DNA of 64,000 bases from an uncultured Clostridia bacterium. GTDB lineage: Bacteria > Bacillota > Clostridia > Christensenellales > CAG-917. The notes under the pieces are model-generated. The model searched no databases and had not been told where the DNA came from. It worked only from the letters and a program-made list of their open reading frames with translations. Below, piece after piece: positions 38,701-50,700 of this stretch. The DNA is taken from the NCBI GenBank assembly GCA_947305865.1, contig CAMZEU010000002.1, forward strand, positions 1,019-65,018, given 5' to 3'. Positions within the stretch are counted from its first letter, which is position 1. Each line of letters starts with the position of its first letter. A program made the position numbers and the translations under genes.

Positions 38701-41700
38701 TGTTCCAAAGATTGATGCTGTAGACTTCACATATCTCACAAAGACAGATTATGAAGCAATTAATGGACCTGATTCAGCACCTAAGGCAGCTCTCTTCTCA
38801 AGAGAACCACAATATATTTACACGCCAATTGACCCAGTAAGCTTCACATATGATAATACAGAAGAATACTTCTTCATTAACCAAGGTGAATATTACGAGT
38901 TAAGCGATGCATCCATTTATACATATGGTGGTGGTACTTATACATTAGTTGGTACAAACGACTTCACACATGGTGATGCATGGGATATCAAGTACTACAT
39001 TGGAATTCCAGAAGAAGATCCAACAATCTATAAGCTAGTTGAAAAGAAGAAAGTTTACACACGTGCTATTAGCAAGTATGTATATACAAAGGATGAAAGT
39101 GGTGAATATGTAAGAGTTAAGATTGATTCATCTGTAACATATAGCAGATTTGCATATTCCAAGATTTCAGAAGATGAATTCGTAAATGGATATATTGCAG
39201 CAGCTGCAAACTATGTATATGATGCAAACACATACTCATACGTAGTATCCACAGATCCAAGTGCAACATTAACATATAAAGATATCTTATTTGTATATGA
39301 TGAAACAACATATCATTATGTATCCATAAGAGATTATGAAGCAGAACATAGTGGTTATGATTTCACATCAACAACAATTTACAAAGCAAGAGGAATCGAA
39401 TATGTAAGTACAGATGATGTATATTACATCTCCTTGTCATTAGATGGCTCAATGTACATGAATTCAGCTAAGGTTTATAAGAACCTTGCAGACTTTGCTA
39501 CAAGCAAGAAGTCAAGTATGTACAACTCTAAGACAATTTGGAAGAAAGATTCTGTTGCTATTGAAAATGCAAATGGTATCTATGTAAAGGTTATAGATAA
39601 TTATTATGGTGCTGGTGATGGTTATTATATGCCTGTAAATTCATATAAGGCATTAACAGATAAACCAGTAACTGATGGTAAGTTCTATAACTTAAGAGCA
39701 CAAGCAGGCAATTATGTTCGTGCAACAGATGGTAACTGGTATTGTGCAGACAATAACCCAGCAGCAAATGGACACAACATCATTGATATGCTTTATTCAG
39801 AAGACTTAATCGTAGATACAGATGATATCTACGTATTCCAACAAGGTGGATATGCAAAACTTGGTTCAGTCTTAGATAAGAAAGATTATGTAAAGACACA
39901 CGAAAGCACACAATACTACTTAATGTATTCATCTGGTGCAACAAGCACATTGAATAAGGTATTAAGTGGAATAGTTGGTGATTTGGGTACAGAATTAGAC
40001 TTTACATCTGAATTATCTGGAGAAATCGAATTCAAGATTACACTCTCCTATGGTGGAACATTACTTCTCGGTACAAACGAAGAAACTGGAGAATTCCAAT
40101 TTGGTTTAGATGTATTCAACCTCGAACTTGCAATTGATACATGGAGAAGAACAAACCACGTTGATGATAATACATTAACACACGTATTTGGACTTTACTA
40201 TGACAGAGATGATTCAGTAGGTAAGAGCGGATTATACTTAGACTTAAGCTACTTCTTGAACGAAGAAGCAAAGGTTTACATTGATCTCTCAGATTGCCCA
40301 TTAGAAGACTTCATCAACTCTAAACTCTATTATGAGAAGGTTGAAACATACTACGAAGCAACAGCAGCAAGTGAAGATACAGATGCTACAACAGCTTCCA
40401 GCACAGTACTTTCTGGCGGAAATATGACAGCAGCATACTTCAATATCTACACATCTGCATTTGGTCTCTCAGTAACATCCGGATTCTTGAAGGTATTATT
40501 GAACAACCTTATCACAGGATTTGAACAATATGCAGGATATATTCCAAATATTGAAATCTTCATTAAGGGTGAACTTGATCCATACAGATTAGCTGTAGGC
40601 TTAACACTTGATGATGACGAAGGCAATGCATTAGTTGAAGCTGGTGTAAGACTCAATGGTATTACAGGTGACTATAATACAGGTACTGTATTAGACTTTG
40701 GTAGCTTGGCAAAATATGATAGCATTGATATGACATCAAGAGATTATATCTTCTACTATGGCAACTTCGTACGTGTAGATAAACTTGGAACAGTATCTTC
40801 ATATGATTCATCAGTTCAATACTATGGTAAAGATGGAGAAAGAAAAGGCTATGTCACAATTGCATCAGACAACTATGGTGTAGCTGGTTCTTGGTATTAC
40901 ACAGAAGATGGTATCGAGGCAGTAAGTGGCGCAAGATATAATAATAAGGTATATACAAGATCTAATAAGATTAGAGTAAATGAAGATTATAAACAAGCAT
41001 TGAAGTTAATTGAAACAAATACTTATGCAAGTTATAACTTCAAGGAAAGCAAAGATGAAAATGATGATGTCATTGACTTCTACGGATTAGTAAATGGCAA
41101 CTTCATTAAAGTTGATTACGATGTATATAACCTTGTTACAGATAACACTGGATTATGGTATTACACCTTAGATAACGAGTCTGCATGTAAGCTTGCTGAA
41201 TCCAGATTCAGAGGAGAAGTTTACTTTAGAACAACTGCATATGGTGAAGAGAACTACGAAACAATCAGCGTAAAATACAATAAGACAATCCAAGGATGGC
41301 AATATGTAAAATACGATGCATATGGCAACGAAATTACAGATGCATATGGCAACGTAATGTATTATTCATATCCAGGAGATGTCACATTCGTATATTCTGG
41401 AGCACTTTATAGAGTAACACCAGTATACGGAGTAGTTGATGGAGTAGAATCTCAATTAACTTATGATGCAGTAAATGGATGGCTCTATGCTGGTAATCCA
41501 TATGATGGTGAAATTTACAAGAAAGATGAAGCAGGTCTTGCAACTATGGATTATGTCAAGATTATGGGACTCAACCTCGAAGATATGTTCGCAGAGGGAT
41601 TCAGTCTTGATAACCTTGATTTAGGTGCATTACTTGGCGATCTCAAGTCATTTGAGCTTGGTCTCAACATTGATTTCCAATTAACATTTGCTGATATCAT

Positions 41701-44700
41701 TAGCTTCACAGAGCAAATGAGCACATTCATTGGAAAAGACTTCAACTTCATCGCAACATCATTAACAAAGCAAGGATATAGCTTCGATACAGTATTTGAT
41801 ATTTCAATCGAGTTAAAGGCATATCTTGATCTTGCAAGATTAGTAAGTGGATTAACTTCTACATCAGGCGACAAAGATATTCTTTCAATGCTCGTTGGAA
41901 CAACAATTTATGCAAAGATTGGATTGAAGTCCACATATCTTGCAACATATAACCCAGAACAATTAACAGACTGGGATGCAACAACAATTATCTTAATGGC
42001 TAACTTGACAGAAGATAATGATAGCAACGTATTGTTGAACCTCTATCTCGACCTCTCAGACTTGTCCAGACAATTCCCAGCATTAGGTGACGTATTTGAC
42101 AAAGTCAAGTATGAAGGATTGAATCTCACAAAGATTATAGGTTCTACATCCGCTGAATCAGCAATTGCACGTGATTCTGTTGCAACATCTGCAGCATTAG
42201 AACTCAATACAGCTGATGCAGGTGATGTTGATATGGGATTACTTGGAACATTCGATGCAGGCGCAACAATCTACTCATTACTTGATGCTCTTGTTGGCAG
42301 AGTAATGATTACAAACGATATGCTTTCAATTGGATTCAAGGAAACATTACTTGGTTCAATCGTTGAAATGATTTCTTCAAGATTAACAGATGAAGAAAAA
42401 TCCAAGTTACCAACATTAAGAGTAACAAACGGCAAAGATACTTCTGGTATCACATTAGACTTCAACGATGATGGACATATCGCATTGTATGCTGTTATAG
42501 GTATTGAATCTGGTATTCTTTCATACAGCAATGATTCTGCATATACACCATTAAGTGACGTCAAGTATGCATTTGATGATAAGACAGGTAAGTATTATGT
42601 TGCTCCAGCTGCAACTGGAAAGAATACAAACGTAATGCTCAGTGATGGTGAGTACTCATTAGTTGAATATGTAGACAAACTTGACAGATGGGCACTTCAA
42701 TCATACGTTGCACTTACTGCAGAAGAAAAGGCAATTAGAGCAGCTGTTTATACAACAGATGATGGCATCAACTATACACAAAGAGAATATAATGGAAACA
42801 ACGGCTTAACATATTACAAGTATGTTGGTGGAAATTATGTTGAACTCAGATATGCAGATAAGTTATTACTTGAAAAGAAGTTATATACATTATCCGCTTC
42901 AGTTTACACTGAATACACTGGTGTAGTTGATCCAGCTAATACATACTATGTAGAAACAGGCAACTTCACATACACAATGGTTCCACGTTATATAGCAATA
43001 ACAAATGCAGAAAGAGCAATTCTTGAAGCAACATTGTATACAAAGTCTGGAAACAACTATGTAGTAGAGACAGGCGCATTCGATGCAACAAAGACATACT
43101 ATATTGATTCAGGTATCAACAAAGTTGAATTAACAGCGGAACAAAGATTAATTCTCTTAAAGGCAACATTCACAACTACAAACGGTACAACATTTGTTGA
43201 AACAGCATTTGATAAGACAGATGAAACAACAACATATTACTTCTTAGATAGTTATGAAATGATAAGAGAAATTGATGGCAATGGTTCATATCTCTATCTT
43301 GGTTACTACAACATTGAATTAAAGGCTTCTAACATTTATGCAAGAATTAATAAAGATTTCAGTGTTGATGACAAAATAGACAAAGATGGAATCCACTATG
43401 AAGTATATAAGGATATCACAAAACTCACATTGAACCTCAATATTGAATTTGATATCTCATTATATGGCAATAGTGATCCAGGAATCACAGGAAACGACAA
43501 CGTTGTTGACTTAAGTCAAATTCTCAACCTCGTAGCAAACCTCATTAACAATGAGGACATTGTTGAGGCATTTGAAGGTGCAGAGTTATACACAAGATTC
43601 AAGGGTGATATTGGTAGCGACAGCAACCCAACATATAACTTATCACTCAACGTCTTTATAGACATTGCAGACTTCAAGAACTTACAAGCAACAATTGAAC
43701 TCAAGCAATACAAGAAACTTGGTCCTGGTGAAGCATTCACAGGCGAGTTCATGCCAAACCCAGTATTAAGTGCATACTTATTCAATGACAACATCTATGT
43801 TGATGCACACGGTTTACTTGGTGATGCAGGGTTGATTTCAATTGATAACCTTGGTCTTGCTAAGTTACTTGATACAATAGAGATTGCTGGAACAAAACTT
43901 GGAACATTCCTTGGACATGATATGTCAGCTTATGAAGATAAGAGCAGTGGAGAAGCTACAACAGCTGCTCATGTAATGGATAATGTTGAAGATGTATCAA
44001 CAGTATTCGGCACAGCTGCTTACTTACTCATGACAACATTCCCAAGACAATTCTTCATCCAACTCAACTCTGCAGCAGTTAATGCAATCATTAACAGAAT
44101 TAGAGAAGCACAAGGCAAAGCAAATTCCGATTACTTACCAGACATCGGTGCATTACTTATATCTTTTGATTCTGATAATACTGATGAAATACTATATACT
44201 AATATATATGCTAAAGTAACAGATAGCTTCTATCTTGCACTTGAAGCAAAGAAGGTAACATGGAGCAGAGAGAAACAACCATGTGAATTCAATATTGATT
44301 CTATATTACAAGTTTCATCATACACATCATCTAACACAATCTTCACATCTGGTAGCGACAAGCAATATTACAGATATGAAAAGGCAACATATATTGCATT
44401 AACAGATGAACAAGCAGCACAATTAAGTGCAAATGGAACAATCATCTATAAGAACTATACAGGTGATGCAAATAGACCAGCATTCATTGCTAAGTCAGAT
44501 ATCAACTTTGTAAAAGTTGGTAATAACTATGAATATAGCAGTACTGGTACTCCAATTTACATGACACCTGTTAAGTACGAAAGTGCAGCGAACTACACAT
44601 ACTTCAGATATCAACAAGACAACTATATCGAAATCCCAATGTATAAAGGAGATAGATATAAGCTTGTTGGTTCAACATATGAACTTGATCCAAAGGGTAC

Positions 44701-47700
44701 ATATTACTATGATAAAGAAGAAGAAATATATAAGACATTAGTTGGTGGTACTCTCGAACAAGTTAAAGCAGGTACAGCACATTATCAAAATAACTACACT
44801 GGTACAATTTATGAGAGCAGATTCCAAAGTGTATATGATATTGGAACAGGCGACATCAAGCTTGAAACATTGAGCTTAAGTGTAACAGGTGAGTTGAACC
44901 TTACATCCGACGGAATCGTAAAGGGACAAACAAATTACGATAAGACATTCTCTTACTGGATTGCTAAATTCCTTGCGGATTTACTTGGAGAATCAGATCT
45001 TGCTGGTGGTATTCTCAAGGGTATTACAGCAGATAAGATTTCACTCATCTTCCCACAAAAGACAATTAACGTTGTTATCAACATTATGGCTGATGTCAAT
45101 ATTCCAGCAATTGTTAAGTATGGTATCTCTGGTATTCTTTATAGTGATATCTACTTACAACTCATTGAAGGTGCTCCAATTAACAAGACCTTCATGGAAA
45201 TATACTATCTTGGTTCTTCAAGATTAACACAAACTGGTAACATCTATACATTGTCACCAAATGGAACAATCTTCTCAGATTGTATCTACCTCAACCTTGA
45301 AGGTTTAGGATTAGGCTCTATCGCATTCCACGGCTTAACAGGAATACTTGGAGCAAAACAACCAGATTATGTAACAGCATCTACAACTGCAGAAACAGAG
45401 GCATCTGAGGCCGTCACAAGTGCAGCTTCAAGCTCATTGTATCTTGAACTTGGTATTGAACATGGTGGATTCTCACTCAAGCTTGAAAAGAGTGTTATCG
45501 ACTTCGCATTAGGATTACTTGATCTTGATATAGATTTAAGTGAGATGCCATTACAATACATCGAATTAGAAAGCAGATATTCATTAGATGTTGGTGTATC
45601 TGATTTATCAATAACAGCAGTTCTTGACTCTGTTGGAACAATGCTTGGTATCAAGCTTGGTAACTTTGATATCAGCTTCTCAGAAAGAAAACTCGACCTT
45701 GAAGCAAAGATTGCAGCATGTCAATATGGCTCAGCTGGTATCACATATTCAAAGGTAGCAGGTATTGGTGCATTACTACAAAATGTAATTGACTCACTCA
45801 ATGTTGGATTAACAATTCACATTGATAGAAAAGTTGATACTATTAACTTAACAACACTTTCATGGTTCACATGGAAAGGTAGAAGAGACAATAGATACAC
45901 ATCAGTTACATTGAATGGTATCAAGACGAAGAGTTCAATAGACGCAGAACCAGCATCATACAAGTTGAAGTTCAGTATTAGTGCATTACATCCATCTGCA
46001 GCTTCAAGCCCAATGACAGCAAACCTTTACTTCTACAATAATGACTTAGTATTAGGTGGATTCGATTTACAAACAACAATTGCTGATATCTTAGGAAACT
46101 TCTTAAAGAAGATTGACTTAGGTAGTGGTAAACCAATGTTTGAATTCGCTAACGTAATGGGTGCAGATACTGCTGAATATACATATCCAAGCAGCACAAC
46201 AACAGATCCTGCAAAGGATACAACAACTTCAGCTGCAGACCAATACAAGAATGGTAACTATAAGTATGCAGCAAACCTTGAAGGATTAATTGCTGGATTA
46301 GAATTAGACTTCTGTACATCCAACAACTATCATCCATACTATTCAGGAATGGGAACAATCGATGGAAGCGCTGCAACAGATATGAAGTATGTTTCAGTAC
46401 ATATTGAATTTGGTAAGCAAGCATTTAACGAATTGTTAATATTCTTATATACAACAGTTCTTAGCTTATTACAAGGTAAGGAAGGCGAAGAGAGCAAGGG
46501 TATTGATACAAGCTCTAACTGGGCGGATAGCGATGATGCATACTTTGTAAAAATGTCTGCATTCAGTTGGACTTCAGATGGTGAAGGTAGTGAATCACAA
46601 CTTGATAGTAACGTAGATAGCACTTACGGTGTATCTGGTGGCTTGGCAAAGATGTTCGAACATATTGATTCTCTTACAACAACAGCTGCAAGAGTAAACT
46701 TCTTAGAGCCAATCATTAAGTCAATACCAGTTGCATTGTTACGTACAATTCTTTATAACGTTGCAGGTGTAAGTGCTACATTGATTTCTCTTGCAGGTAC
46801 AGTAGCAGGTGGCACACTTGGTAACTTCTGTAGATTAGTTGGTGCTATCTTACCATTACCATTTGCAAGCATGAGCAGTTCAGTTGCAAATCCATCTGCA
46901 CATATCTACATTGATTTGGATCCAGATCCATCTGTATATAACCGTTCAGGATACACAATGCATCCAGGTGTACAAGCAATTGAGTTATACATCAATGCAC
47001 AAAAGGTAGTACTTGGAAGCCCAGCAAACAGCTTAAACGGCACACAAATCTACACATGGGGTGGCTACAGCTCATACAGAGGAGCAACTGACACATCAAC
47101 TCAAACAAAATACACAATTCCAAGTCTTGGCAATGGTGTAACAAATATGAGCAATACACAACAAATGTTGGTATTGAGAATAGACCCATACTCAACAGAA
47201 AGTAATTCTATCACAAGTCCATTACTTGGATTTGACGAAGCAGATGCTGCATCTCTCATCGGTACAGCACCATCTGAGATTTACATTACAGATCCAGCTA
47301 ATAGAAGTGGTTATGTAAAGGTTGGTAGTTCAAGTCAAGACTTTGTATTAAATGCAACAGCATTCCAAGACACATCTATCTTCCCAGCAAAGGCTAACGT
47401 AACATTCACCAATGGTGAACCAAGTTCAGATACTGGTGGCACAGTAGTTGTTTGGGATGCAGGTGGTGTAGACTTCACACCATATGAAGGTGAAATTGGC
47501 GAGAAGTTCGCAGGTTATGTATATGGATATGCACTCAACATCTGTGTTGCAGCAGTTCCTGTATATGTAACAAATGACTATGGATTCAAGTCAATTAAGG
47601 CATATAAATATGATGGAAGCACATGGAAGACAGAAGCTATCACACGTGATATGCAAAGCAATGTAGACGACCTCCCAGATATGGTCAAGATTTCATTCCA

Positions 47701-50700
47701 AACAGGTGGTACTTATACATTCGCAACAATTGCAAAAGATATGAATGGTGCTGACTTACTTGCTAGATACGATACAGAAAATGATGGCAAGACTCATGTA
47801 ACTGGTCCAGCATATAAGACACGTGTAAGATTTGATAGTGATGGAAACGTAATCTTAACAACAGGACTTAGCACAAATACAACAACATCCACATGGTATT
47901 ATCAACATAAGGATGAAGATGGTGTATTGTACTATACAAAGGGTTCAGCAACAGGAGCAAGAATTGAAGTTGATTCAATTACAGATCCATTATATGCATT
48001 GTTCGATAGTTCAAAGAACACAGCATTTAATAAGTTGAAACTCAGCAGAAATTACCCAGCAGGATCCATCTCATGGAACTATGGAGACTACAAGTATAAC
48101 TTCCATAATGCAAGTGTACAAGTTGGCTTCTCATATTCATGGGGCTTCACATCACAATCTCAAAAGATTACTATCCCAATGGTAAATTACGAGATTACAA
48201 AGGCTGGAGTAACTAAGTACTTACAAGATTCAGCTGGACAAAACTATGTAAAGACATTCACTAACTTGAATTCATTAACACTTGCTAATGTAATTACAGA
48301 TACAAATAGCAATGGAAAGATTGATAAGGCTGAATTTGTAAGCTACATCAAGTCATTCAAGTATGTAAGTGGTAAGTATACAAGCAACAAGTCATTCTCA
48401 GGAATCTCTGCAGAATGGGATACATCATTACTTGAAGATGCTATTGACGATATCACAGAAGACGGCGTAATTAAGTTCTACGAAGGTCTCAATGTAACAA
48501 TTCCATTGTACATTGGTGGTAAAGAATACAAGCTCAAGCAATTCAAGACAGCAACTGGTGATTCATACGGATTCAATGGTAATGCAGATGAAGATACAGT
48601 TTGCAAGACTCCATATGCACAAGCTGGATATGTATCACAAGTAATTTATGTAACTATTACTGTATCTTCAAGCAAAGTAGATTCTATTTCTTCAGAATTT
48701 ACATTCAACCCATATAGCTCAGATGATATCGATGCAACAGCCGGTATCAACACAGGCAGTGGATTAGATATTACAACATCATTTGGTGATCAAGTAATGG
48801 TTGTAATGAAGGGTGCTAAGAAAGCAACATCCATCTCCTATGCAAGTGAGACAGCCAAGATTTCTGGACCATACTATGTAGCAAGAAGACTTGCAACACT
48901 CAATGTAAAGGAAACTGACTTAATCGTTCCTGGCACAAATGGTACAAAGACAATGGCTGAATTCATCGAAAGATATGTAAGCTATGATGGACTTGAAGAA
49001 AATGACTACAGAGTATATGTTAAGTTAATAATCGGTAACAGCAGTACTGGTGGTGAACAAGTATTCTACAAGCAAGTAACATTTGCTAAGTTAACACCAA
49101 CAGTTGTAACTAGAGATGTAACAGATACATTCAACCCATATTGGTATAAGGGTGAAGATGCTAACCATGTAGGTTACAACACATTGAATGTATCATTCAA
49201 GGAAATCTCTGGAACAGTTGCTATGACTCCAGATTGGTCACAAGTCAAGTACTATTCAGACGCTGGACGTACAAAGGAAATTAGCAACATTGCTAAGGGC
49301 GGAATTGTTTATGCAACAGTACCTGCAAAAGTAACAATTGGAACAGGAACTGAAGCAAAGGCACTTGCTCTCAAGTACGTAAAAGACGATGATGGTAACG
49401 AATCATATGTTCCACAAACAATAGTTGTAAAACTCAAAGTTCAAACTAAGAGTGTAAAGGCTATCACATTCTATAAAGATGATGTCTATGGAACAAATAC
49501 AATTATCAACAACAGTTCTACATTGTTGAATGTTAGCAACTACAGTTCTAGTGTTTATGCTCCACATGTTTCACAAGATGGAACAGTATACAGCATTGAT
49601 ACAAAGGCATACTCATTAAACCCAGAGTATTACTTCCGTGCTCCAGATCAAACAGCAGATGACTATAAGACAATTGTAGAAAGAGCCTGGAACTGTATCA
49701 GAGGTATTACAGGATATAATACATCACTCATTAGAAGACAAGTTCAAGAGAATTGTACAATCGTTTGTGTTGAAGAATACAATGGTACAAAGACATTGGC
49801 TATCATCAGTAGTTGGGATTACACAACATATACAAACAATGTAAGTGAAAAGAGTGTAAGCGCTAGAATCTCATTCACAATTGGTAACCAAGTATTCTAT
49901 ACAACACTCTTAACACCATCTTACAAGATTGACAATGTTGAGTTGTTGAACGAAGACGAGACTCCATTCACAGGCTTTGCAGCAGATGAAGATGAATTAG
50001 TCTATGATGCACGTACAGCATGGACAGCTCCATCTAAAGTAAAGGCTACAATTGATTGGAAGTATGCCTTCAATAATGTAACAACAATGAATGCACAAGA
50101 TGTATTAAGTGCTTACTTCCCATATCTCACAAATGCAAGCCAAATCAAGTACTATAGAGAATTGAATGGCGCATATGTTGCAACAGAAGATTGGGTAAAT
50201 GAAGTATATTACAAAGTTGCAAGTGCATACTATGTAACATATGACAAGTATGTTGAAGTAAAGGGCAATGTAGCAATTGACGATGCTAAGAAGTACAAGA
50301 TTGGAACAATGACTGTAGCAACAGTTGCAGATGCAGAATCTACCTCATTGTATCTCAATACAGCAGGTCAATTCACTCCATTGAATGAAGCTGAACCAGC
50401 AACATATATTGAGAACAACCCAGGTGCAGTATTTGTATTCAGTACAGAAGGCGATACTTACTACAACATCGTAGAAGAAAGCACAACTGGATTATATGTA
50501 AAGATTGCTGCAGCAGGAGAATACATTGACTTCACAGATTACTGTGCATTCGAAGAAATAATTGCAAAGACATATACTGGCGAAAACGTTTATGTAAAGA
50601 ATGGTGGTGTTTACACAGCAGCAAATACAGCTCTATTTGTAAAAGCTTATGATTATGACACAATCTCTGATGTAAGCGTAAGATTTGTTGGTATTAATGG

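Larger units (their letters stand above)
24011..46250 (+). repeat. at least 15 degenerate protein-level super-repeats (LYxD-core beta block / acidic STA linker / strand-helix block / Tyr-rich insert)
   Basis: Core motifs were read in frame at 24011, 24992, 26012, 26831, 27986-28096, 29588, 30989, 33347, 35333, 36899, 40184, 42029, 43763, 45191-45310 and 46016. Examples: KILGLYLEDKVIYLD, KLLIGLYYIGGVLYLD, MILGIYLVNSNLYVD, GGLYLYHGTLYLDG. Confidence 0.75.
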
